A stretch of DNA of 64,000 bases from an uncultured virus (IMG/VR IMGVR_UViG_3300020201_000458) (IMGVR_UViG_3300020201_000458:1-64000); one strand, 5' to 3'; counted from the first letter of the stretch, positions 1-9,260 are shown. Made by a program: numbers and translations. The notes: generated by a model not told the origin, from the letters alone.

Positions 1-89
1 ATACAGAACGCGTGTCCTTGCAATGTCAGTCGCGATCGACATTCCATTGACCGAAAACGAGTTGAAGTTTGTTCCACCCGAAGAGAAGG

Positions 90-1112
90 ATGAAGATGAG
101 ATTACACCTGATGTTGATCCTGTTGTCGCTGACGTCGTGTCGGAACAGCGTGAAGCTGAATCCGATCCTGCCGTGTGAACCGCAGAAAGAAGTCTGCGAC
201 GGACGGGACAACGACTGTGATGAATTGGTGGACGAGAATCTCTCAGAGGCATGCTCAAGCATCTGTGGTTCCGGGAAGAGCATATGCACCAAAGGCGAGT
301 GGACAGAGTGTAGCGCTCAAAAACCAAAGACGGAAGTTTGCAACGGAAAAGACGACGACTGCAACGGTCAGGTAGATGAGGGACTGGAAGTAAAGCCTTG
401 CTACCCTCGTAGCAATCTGGAGTTGCTTAATGGTGTCTGTAGGTTTGGTGTAGAGAGATGCACAGGAGGAGCGTACGTGTGCGTCGGTTGGATCGGACCA
501 AAGGCAGAAGAGTGTAACGGGCTGGATGATGACTGCGACGGTGACGTCGACGAGGGGAAAGGTTCCCCGTTAGATCTGGTCTTCGTCATCGATTACTCCG
601 GGTCGATGACGCAGACCATCTCATCCCTACAGGCTGCGACCGTCACGTGGGCCACCAAGTACGCCACCCGGGTCGACTTGAAATTCGCGTTGGTTGGTAT
701 CCCGACGGATGCCATTGGTGATGACGGGCACGTCAAACTCATGTCAGACCTCGGTACGTCGGCGTCATTTGTGACCGAGCTGAACAAGCACCCACATGCA
801 TCTGGCGGAGGACAGGAAGCTTCTATCGACGCTGTGTATCAGCTTTCACAGCTTTCGAACCCCATAGGACTTCACTGGACTCCAGGCGCACGCCACGCCA
901 TCGTCATGTACACGGATGAGGAACCCCAAAGTTACCTTACCCCAGTCATCACATCGCAGCAGGCCCAAGATGAGGCGCTGCGCAATGGGGTAAGACTCTT
1001 CATCTTCTCGTCCAGTACTTCATGGGCTGGCTGGTCACCACGACCGTTCTACCAAGGCACGGCACTTGAGAACGAATTAGACAAGGTCATCGCCGAAGGG
1101 AGCTGCAAATGA
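90..1112 (+). CDS. Lipoprotein with MopE-type Cys-rich repeats and C-terminal von Willebrand A domain
   Basis: Lipobox LTSC; three CxGxDxDCxxxVDE repeats; vWA MIDAS motif FVIDYSGSM and later MYTDE. Confidence 0.8.
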   Translation: MKMRLHLMLILLSLTSCRNSVKLNPILPCEPQKEVCDGRDNDCDELVDENLSEACSSICGSGKSICTKGEWTECSAQKPKTEVCNGKDDDCNGQVDEGLEVKPCYPRSNLELLNGVCRFGVERCTGGAYVCVGWIGPKAEECNGLDDDCDGDVDEGKGSPLDLVFVIDYSGSMTQTISSLQAATVTWATKYATRVDLKFALVGIPTDAIGDDGHVKLMSDLGTSASFVTELNKHPHASGGGQEASIDAVYQLSQLSNPIGLHWTPGARHAIVMYTDEEPQSYLTPVITSQQAQDEALRNGVRLFIFSSSTSWAGWSPRPFYQGTALENELDKVIAEGSCK

Positions 1113-1339
1113 AGAAGAAACAACCAGATGGGATGTTCTTGGAACTGGACGGTGAGGTGAACATCATCACCAGGACGAAAGGGAAGGAGAAGCGGGAAGT
1201 CATTGATGGAGAGACCGTCCTCAAGTCTATCCTCTACATCATGGAGAGCGCTATCGACAACCTGGTGAAGAATCCCACGACAAAGGCGGAGATCAAGAAG
1301 TCGAAGAAGATCACCCGTTACGCTGGTCGTACGCTGTGA
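1109..1339 (+). CDS. Hypothetical protein
   Basis: ORF coupled to neighbours by ATGA/GTGA overlaps. Confidence 0.6.
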   Translation: MKKKQPDGMFLELDGEVNIITRTKGKEKREVIDGETVLKSILYIMESAIDNLVKNPTTKAEIKKSKKITRYAGRTL

Positions 1340-1647
1340 CCCGGTACCCGCCATACTTCAAGGACGCCATCGTTTCCATGAGAGAGCTCATGGAGATGCA
1401 CCCATACGAGTGTTTCTGTGGGGCGGGTCTCACCACGGCCAATGACTGCGTCTACTGCCAGACGTACGAGCGAACCGCTGAGCTCCTGGAGAAATGCGGG
1501 TTTCCATTGTCCTTCAGGCGTGGTAAAATGGAAACAAAGGAGACGCAAAATGGAAAACCTGTTGAGACTGTTGGGAATGATGACGACGATGAGTCCACAG
1601 CTGCTGGTAAAGATGGAGCTGTTGGTTCTCTCCCGAATTGCTCGTGA
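1336..1647 (+). CDS. Hypothetical protein with CxC...CxxC
   Basis: GTGA overlap with previous gene; possible Zn site. Confidence 0.45.
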   Translation: MTRYPPYFKDAIVSMRELMEMHPYECFCGAGLTTANDCVYCQTYERTAELLEKCGFPLSFRRGKMETKETQNGKPVETVGNDDDDESTAAGKDGAVGSLPNCS

Positions 1648-1795
1648 GCTGGACAATTCCGCCACTCGCATCGAGGCGATCAGGAACTGCTTCCCGAGCG
1701 GCACGAGCATCCATACCAGGGTGGTGAACGCCAGTATGCAGGTGAAGGTGGCCGCCGGCAACCTCAAGATCATGGAAATCCCCGTGAGGCTCTAA
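1550..1795 (+). CDS. Hypothetical protein
   Basis: AGGAG RBS before ATG 1550; stop abuts next gene. Confidence 0.55.
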   Translation: MENLLRLLGMMTTMSPQLLVKMELLVLSRIARELDNSATRIEAIRNCFPSGTSIHTRVVNASMQVKVAAGNLKIMEIPVRL

Positions 1796-2236
1796 ATGCA
1801 AGAGAAAATCTACGACCTGGATGAGTACCAGAAAGAGGCGATGAGGACCTCACCCCGTGTCCAGCGAGCCTACCGGATCCCAGAGACCATCCACGACGCC
1901 CTCCGTGACTTCGTCGGTGATGGTGATGGAGCAGACCAGGAGGTACTCAACCCGCTCCTGGACAACATGGACCAGATGATTTGGACCCTCGGTCTCACGG
2001 GAGAAGCCGGAGAGTTCGCCGACATGATGAAGAAACACCATGGTCATGGACATGATCTCGACGAGAAGAAGGCGGCCAAGGAGCTAGGAGACGTTCTTTG
2101 GTATCTCAGTGTCCTAGCGGACTCCATCGGCTACAAACTCTCGGACATTGCCAGCATGAACGTGGCCAAGCTACGGGAACGGTATCCAAACGGATTCTCG
2201 ATCGAGGAGTCAAAGGACAAGAGGGACATACGATGA
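1796..2236 (+). CDS. MazG-like nucleotide pyrophosphohydrolase
   Basis: LGLTGEAGEFADMMKK...KELGDVLWY...NVAKLRERYP motifs. Confidence 0.9.
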   Translation: MQEKIYDLDEYQKEAMRTSPRVQRAYRIPETIHDALRDFVGDGDGADQEVLNPLLDNMDQMIWTLGLTGEAGEFADMMKKHHGHGHDLDEKKAAKELGDVLWYLSVLADSIGYKLSDIASMNVAKLRERYPNGFSIEESKDKRDIR

Positions 2237-2535
2237 ACCCCGACGACCCCCGCTTGAAGCTACTCGAGGGGCTCAGCCGTGAGCAACTCATCGGAGTGGT
2301 GATGGCATTCAACCACTGCTATGGTCACCTCGAGAAGAAGCTCTGGGGAGGAACGTACATGACGTGTCTCCATTGCGCTGCGGTGGAGCGTGACAACGCT
2401 CTCTCCGAACTCGAATTGGCGGTGGACGACGCCGATGGAATCAAGAACGAGATGAGGTGCGCCTACTACGACTTCGACTACGACGTGGACCGGGTGGTGA
2501 GGAAGGTGAAGGCGAAAGTAAAAGAACGGCGGTAG
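2233..2535 (+). CDS. Hypothetical protein
   Basis: ATGA overlap, GAGG RBS, CxxC. Confidence 0.6.
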   Translation: MNPDDPRLKLLEGLSREQLIGVVMAFNHCYGHLEKKLWGGTYMTCLHCAAVERDNALSELELAVDDADGIKNEMRCAYYDFDYDVDRVVRKVKAKVKERR

Positions 2536-2544
2536 AGGACGTAG

Positions 2545-2760
2545 ATGGCCTACGTCTGGAAGAAGAAACCGTTTTGGTTTCTTCCAGAAGACGTAAGGCC
2601 AAAACGAGTATCCTCAGGTCGGTTGGACTCTGGCGAACTACTTAGAACAGGAGATAGAAATGTCATTCGGATCCAGAATCGCCGGCACGTTAGGCACTTA
2701 CGTGGTTCCATTCTTTACATCGCCGATGATCGGTCTCCTCTGTTTCAGCATGGGAAATAG
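2545..2760 (+). CDS. Hypothetical protein
   Basis: GAGG RBS; overlaps next ORF. Confidence 0.35.
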   Translation: MAYVWKKKPFWFLPEDVRPKRVSSGRLDSGELLRTGDRNVIRIQNRRHVRHLRGSILYIADDRSPLFQHGK

Positions 2761-2998
2761 GAACGGTGCCAATTACCAATACGACCAAGACCAGGTCATG
2801 TTGGAAGTTTGTGTCGGAGATGTGCTAAAGCTCAAGGATGAAGTCAGACAGCTCCAGACTCTGGATGCCGGCCTCACTCCTGATAAAAAGTGTAGCAAGG
2901 TCTGCGAAGCAATAAGCATGGCTTCTGACGGCTTCATCACGGAGCATGTCTTCTTTCAGGGCTCCAACCGGCGAATTCGTCTGCTTCGTAATACCTGA
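2660..2998 (+). CDS. Hypothetical protein, N-terminal hydrophobic segment
   Basis: AGGAG RBS. Confidence 0.55.
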   Translation: MSFGSRIAGTLGTYVVPFFTSPMIGLLCFSMGNRNGANYQYDQDQVMLEVCVGDVLKLKDEVRQLQTLDAGLTPDKKCSKVCEAISMASDGFITEHVFFQGSNRRIRLLRNT

Positions 2999-3001
2999 TC
3001 T

Positions 3002-3223
3002 ATGATATTGCTGACTCCGCCATTCCTATTCATTCCAACAAGGAACTACATCTTGGCAAACCTTAAAGACGATCCTCCGAAAAAAAAGAGAGCACCTCCA
3101 ATCTTCAAGAAGAAAAAGAAGAATCTTGAAGACGAACTCAACGAATCGCTTGAAGCGACTGAGAGGGCCATCGACAAAGATGAACCATTTCAGTTTAGCT
3201 TTCCATTCACAGACATCTTCTAA
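3002..3223 (+). CDS. Hypothetical protein
   Basis: ORF in tight gene string. Confidence 0.5.
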   Translation: MILLTPPFLFIPTRNYILANLKDDPPKKKRAPPIFKKKKKNLEDELNESLEATERAIDKDEPFQFSFPFTDIF

Positions 3224-3239
3224 AATATAGGGGAGGAGC

Positions 3240-3458
3240 ATGAACTTGTCCGTCACTAGAAATAGCGGTTCTATCGTAGAAGATGATCCCGATCTCGCGG
3301 TAGAGGTAGAAGATGGAAGCGACATTCTTCAGTACTGTCCAGGAGGCTGCAAGAAGAAAGTTCTCTTCTTCGGTTTCGATGCCAATTCAGATTGGGGCGA
3401 CCAGTTAAAAGATGCGATGTGTCTCGAGTGTAGGACCAAACTCGTGAAGGGGATGTGA
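3240..3458 (+). CDS. Hypothetical protein, possible Zn ribbon
   Basis: GGAGG RBS; CPGGC...CLEC. Confidence 0.6.
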   Translation: MNLSVTRNSGSIVEDDPDLAVEVEDGSDILQYCPGGCKKKVLFFGFDANSDWGDQLKDAMCLECRTKLVKGM

Positions 3459-3459
3459 C

Positions 3460-3786
3460 ATGGACGTTAAGAAGATGATCGTACAGGAGAAGCGGGAACG
3501 GACGGTCGATCTCATCGCAGGTGGTCTTTGGGCCGTGTGTCTTATCACCGCCATCATGGCAAGCATTCCTATCCTTATTGCCGCTGGCGGACTCGGATTG
3601 GGTATGCGAATCAGGTCGGTCATCGACAGGGGTCGTGTCATCATCTACATGGATGCGATCTCGAAGCACGAGGCTGTGGTCGAGTACCTTCTCTCCAAAA
3701 TCGATGGTACCATACAGCCTGGTTCACAGGATGGCATCATGGACCTCGAGCAACTTCGAGCAACCCCTAAAAAGGATAGATCATGA
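3460..3786 (+). CDS. Hypothetical membrane protein
   Basis: Long hydrophobic stretch. Confidence 0.6.
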   Translation: MDVKKMIVQEKRERTVDLIAGGLWAVCLITAIMASIPILIAAGGLGLGMRIRSVIDRGRVIIYMDAISKHEAVVEYLLSKIDGTIQPGSQDGIMDLEQLRATPKKDRS

Positions 3787-4040
3787 ACGACGAAAACGAC
3801 GAAGAAACCAGAGAGAATACTATGCAGGAGAAGGAGCAGAAACGCAAGGGAAATCTGGCCCTGGCCACTCTCGATGCTCAGTGCCAGGTAAATGGTGCTG
3901 CGTGCATTCGTTTCGAGGATGGACAAATGTTCATGTTCTCTCGTAAGACCATCGAGACCCTTTGTGAGAAGATGGACGCTGACAATCAGGACCGTTCAAT
4001 CATCTTCGTGAAAACCGGACCGATCCTCCGCGAGAACTGA
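3783..4040 (+). CDS. Hypothetical protein
   Basis: ATGA overlap. Confidence 0.6.
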   Translation: MNDENDEETRENTMQEKEQKRKGNLALATLDAQCQVNGAACIRFEDGQMFMFSRKTIETLCEKMDADNQDRSIIFVKTGPILREN

Positions 4041-4041
4041 C

Positions 4042-4227
4042 ATGTCCTTTGTCTGGGTCCTTTGTTGTAAATCATGTCACGTGACTTTCCCACCGTCTGA
4101 AGAGGAATGGGATGAAGAAATCACGTGCCCGTACTGCAAGACCATCGACTTTATCGAACATGAAGAATACGATGGACCCGTAAAACCGTTCCTTCAAATC
4201 GTTCGTGAACCACCAAAGGCCTCATGA
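4042..4227 (+). CDS. Small Zn-ribbon protein
   Basis: CKSC...CPYC. Confidence 0.6.
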   Translation: MSFVWVLCCKSCHVTFPPSEEEWDEEITCPYCKTIDFIEHEEYDGPVKPFLQIVREPPKAS

Positions 4228-4550
4228 CCAGAAAACTTGTCATTGTCGATTGCACTTCTGAAGATACGACAACGGGTTTAATCTATCAGAAAGAAAAGCT
4301 ATCCGAAGAATTTGGTAGGAACCTGGATACTGTCGCAAAGGCTCGTCTCTGGCTGACAAATCCTTTTAACTGGCACGAAGGGAGTATTACCATCGTCAAA
4401 TGGAACGGTCTCATTCCGTCACTTAGTCGCCACCACGGACAACGTCTGACATTAGAAACATGGGATGATGGACTCCCGATGTGTATCGTGCGTCAACAGT
4501 ACGATCTCAGGAATGGAAAAAGAGAGCCGGAAGAGGAAAACGCTGAGTGA
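4224..4550 (+). CDS. Hypothetical protein
   Basis: ATGA overlap. Confidence 0.55.
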   Translation: MTRKLVIVDCTSEDTTTGLIYQKEKLSEEFGRNLDTVAKARLWLTNPFNWHEGSITIVKWNGLIPSLSRHHGQRLTLETWDDGLPMCIVRQQYDLRNGKREPEEENAE

Positions 4551-4705
4551 TGTCCTTCTCCATCGCCGACAAACTGAATGCAATCGATTCATATACACTC
4601 GGAGAGTTTGTGAAACAGTTGTCCATCGGAATCATAGGAGGAGTCGTCTTTATCATGGGACTTCTTTTCTTGGTGCTCTGGTCAGACATAAGGAATAGAA
4701 AGTGA
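4550..4705 (+). CDS. Small membrane protein (51 aa, not in ORF track)
   Basis: MSFSIADKLNAIDSYTLGEFVKQLSIGIIGGVVFIMGLLFLVLWSDIRNRK; coupled to both neighbours. Confidence 0.6.
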   Translation: MSFSIADKLNAIDSYTLGEFVKQLSIGIIGGVVFIMGLLFLVLWSDIRNRK

Positions 4706-4980
4706 CATTTTTCAAAAAATTTTTTGGTACGCTTGTAGAATCGAATCCAGATTACGTCGAGCAGGAAGTAGAAAAGATCAGCAGGGAGCGTGATGAAGCG
4801 CTCGACGAATTGCAGTTGATTAGAGATGAGTACGAGATACTCAAACGTGAGCTTCTTCGTATGATTGAAGCCCAGGAAGGATTGAACGTCGCTACGGCAA
4901 AACTTATTGAGGAGAACCATGCCCTCAAAGCTATGGCGCGCATTAACGCTTCTTTCTACAATGGTGGGATGATGCAATGA
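4702..4980 (+). CDS. Hypothetical coiled-coil protein
   Basis: Heptad-rich E/L/K sequence. Confidence 0.6.
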   Translation: MTFFKKFFGTLVESNPDYVEQEVEKISRERDEALDELQLIRDEYEILKRELLRMIEAQEGLNVATAKLIEENHALKAMARINASFYNGGMMQ

Positions 4981-5219
4981 GTGGTGCCGATCAGTGGTTG
5001 ATGAATTTTCATGAGCTGACCCGGATACGGGCTGAACATTTGGCCCGGGCTGAGATGGACAAGGGTGAGCTCGAGGCGGCCATGATGTTGCTTGGATCCA
5101 AGACCCTCACCATGTTTCCCGGGGACATCCCGGAAGGGGCCGAAATCCCGGACGTGATTATCAGACTCCTGGAAGAACTACACGGACGTCGTGAGAAGGA
5201 GAAAGTCAATGTTCTGTAA
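4977..5219 (+). CDS. Hypothetical protein
   Basis: ATGA overlap. Confidence 0.55.
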   Translation: MSGADQWLMNFHELTRIRAEHLARAEMDKGELEAAMMLLGSKTLTMFPGDIPEGAEIPDVIIRLLEELHGRREKEKVNVL

Positions 5220-5688
5220 AGATTGTAAAGAAGATGCCGCCGCCTCGTTGCTCGAACAGAAGCTTAGTCTCTGTCTTCCGTGTATCGAGATCAGAGCTGT
5301 GAAGTACGAGGAACTCAAGGAAGAGAATGCCACGACGTGCGAGTCGAATGAGAACCTTAAGCAGGCCCTGAATGACTCGGAAGCGAAAGTGGATAAAATC
5401 GGGCACATGATGCACGCGGAACTCGCGGGGCAGAGCTCGGCGCAAAGCGGATTGGGAGAAGATCAGAATCCATTCTTGGCCGAAGACCAGAGACACATCA
5501 TGTGGTTATCCGGTTGGACCGCTGTCGACACGAGACGGAAGGCGCTGCAGGCTCATGCTGTCATGACATGGGCCGGTGGGGTACTCACGGCAGTCAACGA
5601 ATTGGCGAAGGGCTATGGCCAGGAGGAGATCGCGTCGAAGTTGGATGTCGTCATCTCAAAATTTGGACAGTTCGTACAAACGGAGTGA
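5209..5688 (+). CDS. Hypothetical protein with N-terminal CxxC pair, coiled coil and RMF-like motif
   Basis: AGGAG RBS; GLGEDQNPF...WLSGW resembles ribosome modulation factor motif. Confidence 0.55.
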   Translation: MFCKDCKEDAAASLLEQKLSLCLPCIEIRAVKYEELKEENATTCESNENLKQALNDSEAKVDKIGHMMHAELAGQSSAQSGLGEDQNPFLAEDQRHIMWLSGWTAVDTRRKALQAHAVMTWAGGVLTAVNELAKGYGQEEIASKLDVVISKFGQFVQTE

Positions 5689-5691
5689 CGT

Positions 5692-6375
5692 GTGGATCTA
5701 GGCGAATGGATCGAACACATCTTCGAGAAGGTCGTCGAACACTTCTCGTCCCCTCCCCCGCCAGAGCCAATTGTAGTCGCTCCTCCACCTGTGCCACCGG
5801 TAGTCGAGGAGAAGCCCATGCCAGTACCAGAGATTCCGAAACCAACGGGGCTGTCTGACGAGCAGTTGAAGAAGATCATGCCGCTGCTGTCTGTCGCTAA
5901 GCGCACCTTGTACCTGCCGCTTCTCAATGCGGCCATGGAAGAGTTCCTTATCGACTCCCCACTCAGGATCGCAGCCTTCGTCGCTCAGTTATCCCACGAG
6001 AGTGCACAGCTTCGGTACTTCGAAGAGATCGCATCTGGTGCAGCTTACGAGGGACGCAAGGATTTAGGTAACGTCTTTCCTGGAGATGGAAAACTTTACA
6101 AGGGTCGTGGACCGATCCAGCTCACAGGTCGTTCGAACTATCGAGACGCGGGTAAAGATCTTGGTTTGGAGTTGGAAGCAAATCCTATCCTTGCGGCCGC
6201 ACCAGAAGTAGGATTCCGGACGGCTGGTTGGTTCTGGAAACGAAAAGCTTTGAATGCTCTTGCTGATGCCGGAGAATTCAAGGCCATCACCAAAAAGGTG
6301 AACGGTGGCTACAACGGACTTGAAGATCGCATTAAGTATTATACTGTTGCCAAGGGCGTGCTGGGGATCACATGA
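5692..6375 (+). CDS. Glycoside hydrolase family 19 endolysin with Pro-rich N-terminus
   Basis: AAFVAQLSHES, YKGRGPIQLTGRSNY, AGWFW, ITKKVNGGYNGLEDR. Confidence 0.92.
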   Translation: MDLGEWIEHIFEKVVEHFSSPPPPEPIVVAPPPVPPVVEEKPMPVPEIPKPTGLSDEQLKKIMPLLSVAKRTLYLPLLNAAMEEFLIDSPLRIAAFVAQLSHESAQLRYFEEIASGAAYEGRKDLGNVFPGDGKLYKGRGPIQLTGRSNYRDAGKDLGLELEANPILAAAPEVGFRTAGWFWKRKALNALADAGEFKAITKKVNGGYNGLEDRIKYYTVAKGVLGIT

Positions 6376-6884
6376 CTGCGCGTAAGATAGTCCGTTATCC
6401 ACACAGGTTCCTCACATGGCCAACATACGCTTGGGACTTCAATCACGAGGGTCCTTCAAGCGAAATTCACGAGATGCGTGCAATCCTCGTAGAATCTCTC
6501 AACAACGTCGCGAATGGTCTGGCGCTTGCCGGCAATCAGGTGGGGATTATGCATCGCATGTTCCTCATCAAGCCATCGTTGGCTGAAGAATATTGCATCC
6601 CGGACCTGATCGTCAACCCTGTCCTCCGGCAATTCGATGAAGGTTTGACGACAGAGCAGGAAGGTTGTCTTTCTTTCCCCGGGATCTTCTTAGATATTCC
6701 ACGCTGGGGAGCTATTGTGGCAGAATTCAAAGACATCGATGGACACGACCACAAAGTTATACTTGAAGACATTGGAGCCCGTTGTTTTCAACACGAAGTG
6801 GAGCACTTAGATGGCAAAGTGTTCATCGATAAGATCGATCGCATCAAACGTTTCCAGATCATTGGTAAGATGAGAAAAGGATAA
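6372..6884 (+). CDS. def: Peptide deformylase
   Basis: GLALAGNQVG, EGCLS, QHEVEHLDG motifs. Confidence 0.92.
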   Translation: MTARKIVRYPHRFLTWPTYAWDFNHEGPSSEIHEMRAILVESLNNVANGLALAGNQVGIMHRMFLIKPSLAEEYCIPDLIVNPVLRQFDEGLTTEQEGCLSFPGIFLDIPRWGAIVAEFKDIDGHDHKVILEDIGARCFQHEVEHLDGKVFIDKIDRIKRFQIIGKMRKG

Positions 6885-6916
6885 AATGATTGACGCTGCC
6901 AAAATAAGGTGTATCC

Positions 6917-7429
6917 ATGAATCAGTTGTTTCGCATCATGACGAACAATGGATGGAGAGTTTTCCCGTCAACTATCGTCACACCGTACCTGCTGCAGATC
7001 CAAGCTGGAGACCAACCACACGAAGTGGCTGACAGCGCTCTGGTCGACATGCCTGGGATGATTATGGCCGATCGTACTTACCAGATGATCGAGCTCGAAG
7101 GGCTCGACCTGGAGATACCGACGACTGACTTCTCCATCATGTACGAACAGCTTAAGCATGCAGGTGAAGAATTTCTTCCAGGTGGCTCTTCTGTCTTCAA
7201 GTTGAGAGGGTGGTTGTGTGGTCTGGTACTCACACTCGAGCTGCGCAATGTCCTCCTGCAGAAGATGTCCGAGGTTCTTCCGGCAGTGAAGCTTATCTCT
7301 CAGAAAGAAAACGATGAATTCGTCCGACGTCTCGACATCGTCAACAAGAATTCTCCGGTGAAGGTCATCTCGTCCAGGGCCTTGATGGTCAAACAGAAGA
7401 AAGACGGAGACAAAGAGAAACCCAATTGA
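6917..7429 (+). CDS. Hypothetical protein
   Basis: AAGG RBS, 170-aa ORF. Confidence 0.6.
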   Translation: MNQLFRIMTNNGWRVFPSTIVTPYLLQIQAGDQPHEVADSALVDMPGMIMADRTYQMIELEGLDLEIPTTDFSIMYEQLKHAGEEFLPGGSSVFKLRGWLCGLVLTLELRNVLLQKMSEVLPAVKLISQKENDEFVRRLDIVNKNSPVKVISSRALMVKQKKDGDKEKPN

Positions 7430-7453
7430 TCTACTATGGCTACTTAGTAGAGG

Positions 7454-7741
7454 ATGTCTAAGACAAAGAACTCAAAATCTACGTCCATTGGATCAAATGA
7501 AATTACCACGACGGAGATGGTCAGGATCTACAAACGGATCCACAAGATACTATCTCAGCGAGTACGAGAGTCTAAGAAGGAAAAAGGAAGAGACAGAAAG
7601 CTCCTCAAGAAGTACGTTGATTCCACGAAGGACTTGTACGCCTACGTAAGGATTATGGACGTCTGCAAGAGTCTATCGAGAGACGTCAACGATCTTAAAG
7701 AAGTATTGGATACGCTCGTCAACAAGGGGAAACCGAATTGA
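7454..7741 (+). CDS. Hypothetical basic protein
   Basis: TACTTA box and GAGG upstream. Confidence 0.6.
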   Translation: MSKTKNSKSTSIGSNEITTTEMVRIYKRIHKILSQRVRESKKEKGRDRKLLKKYVDSTKDLYAYVRIMDVCKSLSRDVNDLKEVLDTLVNKGKPN

Positions 7742-8207
7742 AGAAGGAGCTCAGGGTAGCGATCGTCGGAAGCCGTAGGCGTGCAAGCCTACGAGACCGG
7801 AAAAATCGTCTTCGACCTGGTAGAGCAACTCGTCGCTTCCAACCCTGATCGTGATGTTGTGCTTGTCTCGGGTGCCTGCCGCCTAGGAGCCGACAATTTC
7901 GCAGCGGAAGCGTCCAAGCTCTACAATATCACGATCAAGGAATTCCCGGTGCCGCCTGGTGAGTACACCCAGCGTTGGCAGTACTCACCAGGCGGCGTTC
8001 GCCAGGAACAAGCTCGTGGCAGAAGACGCAGACGTTGGATTCGCTCTCGTGGCATCAGACAGGAAGGGAGGGACAGAGGATACTGTCCACCACTTCCACG
8101 ACCTCAAGAAGAGAATCTTTCTGGTCGATGGCATGGGACGAACCTACCTATCCTTAATGGAGGAGAGGAACGTTTGTGACGTCACGAAGGACCCCGACAA
8201 GACTTGA
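7738..8207 (+). pseudogene. SLOG/YspA-like (DUF2493-type) protein split by two frameshifts
   Basis: KKELRVAIVGSR (7738) + VSGACRLGADNFA + AAFARNKLVAEDAD...RKGGTEDT; shifts near 7800 and 7985. Confidence 0.7.
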
Positions 8208-8538
8208 GTTACACCGTCTAAAGTATCACTGGACGGGGAAGAAGTCTGCGCTCCTTACGTACGTTCAATTGGATATAGAAGAACGGCGACAGATTTCCGA
8301 GGTCGTCTTCAACTCCATATATCTAGACAATGGCGATCCATATTCAACCTACGCTCGAGTGTTTTCAGAGTGGGGTGTGGCATGTCCCCATCCACAACAT
8401 AAGCGGTATTATTCCGGTGACACCAGCTCAGTCGTGGCACTTCGAGATCACCGTTGGTATTGGTGTGACTGTTGCGGTTGCAGCTGCATGAACGAGGATT
8501 TTGACCCTCGCGTACCTCTAAAAAAGATAGCCAGGTGA
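8176..8538 (+). CDS. Hypothetical protein, possible Zn-binding
   Basis: GGAG RBS; CPH...CDCC. Confidence 0.55.
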   Translation: MTSRRTPTRLELHRLKYHWTGKKSALLTYVQLDIEERRQISEVVFNSIYLDNGDPYSTYARVFSEWGVACPHPQHKRYYSGDTSSVVALRDHRWYWCDCCGCSCMNEDFDPRVPLKKIAR

Positions 8539-8541
8539 CGC

Positions 8542-8940
8542 ATGGCGTACAGTAAGAAGGTCCTAGAACACTACGAGAATCCGAAGAATGTCGGTAGTCT
8601 AGACAAAGAGGATCATAGTGTCGGGACCGGGCTTGTCGGTGCTCCAGCCTGTGGCGACGTGATGCGGCTTCAGCTAAGGATCTCTGAGGATGGGATCATA
8701 GAAGACGCGCGCTTCAAGACATTCGGCTGTGGATCGGCCATCGCCGCCTCTTCCCTGGTGACAGAGTGGGTGAAGGGGAAGAGCATCGAACAAGCCCAGG
8801 AGATCACTAATATTTCTATCGCCAGAGAGCTCTCCCTTCCTCCGGTGAAGATCCATTGCTCTGTATTGGCCGAGGATGCGATCAAGGCTGCGATCGCCGA
8901 TTTCAAGAAGAAGATGTCCTCTAGGGTTCCTGCAACCTAG
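8542..8940 (+). CDS. iscU: Fe-S cluster assembly scaffold IscU
   Basis: MAYSxKVLEHYENP, GAPACGD, FKTFGCGSAIA, LPPVKIHCSVLAEDAI. Confidence 0.97.
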   Translation: MAYSKKVLEHYENPKNVGSLDKEDHSVGTGLVGAPACGDVMRLQLRISEDGIIEDARFKTFGCGSAIAASSLVTEWVKGKSIEQAQEITNISIARELSLPPVKIHCSVLAEDAIKAAIADFKKKMSSRVPAT

Positions 8941-9064
8941 TTAGAAGAAAGGAGCCTTTGATTCTTCAGGTTCTCTCAGCATCACCTGAACTTTTCCTGT
9001 ACTTCGGAAAAGTCTCGTGATAAGATTTGAGCACAATCGCAGTAGAGCAGCTATATAACTTCAG

Positions 9065-9211
9065 GAGATACGGAACGTGTTAACCTCATGCCGAAAATAT
9101 CTCGTGGGAAGCTCCCGTCAAGATCGGAACGCCAGCATTATGCTCGCCTCCAATCCGGAAGGTTCGAAGCTCCCCGAGCAGCATGAGGGGTTTACCAACA
9201 CGACCTATCTC
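9065..9211 (+). ncRNA. Candidate long rod-shaped ncRNA (6S-like?)
   Basis: Nested pairings GAGATA/TATCTC, CGTGTT/AACACG, CCTCATGC/GCATGAGG, CTCGTGGGA/TCCCCGAG, GATCGGA/TCCAATC. Confidence 0.4.
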
Positions 9212-9260
9212 TGGTAAGCCCCTTCCAAATACAATAGAGACAGGTCGAAATGATGATCCT

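Noticed and set aside
9150..9175. SRP RNA (CCGGAAGG)
   Set aside because: The flanking conserved CAGG and AAGCAG of SRP domain IV are absent.
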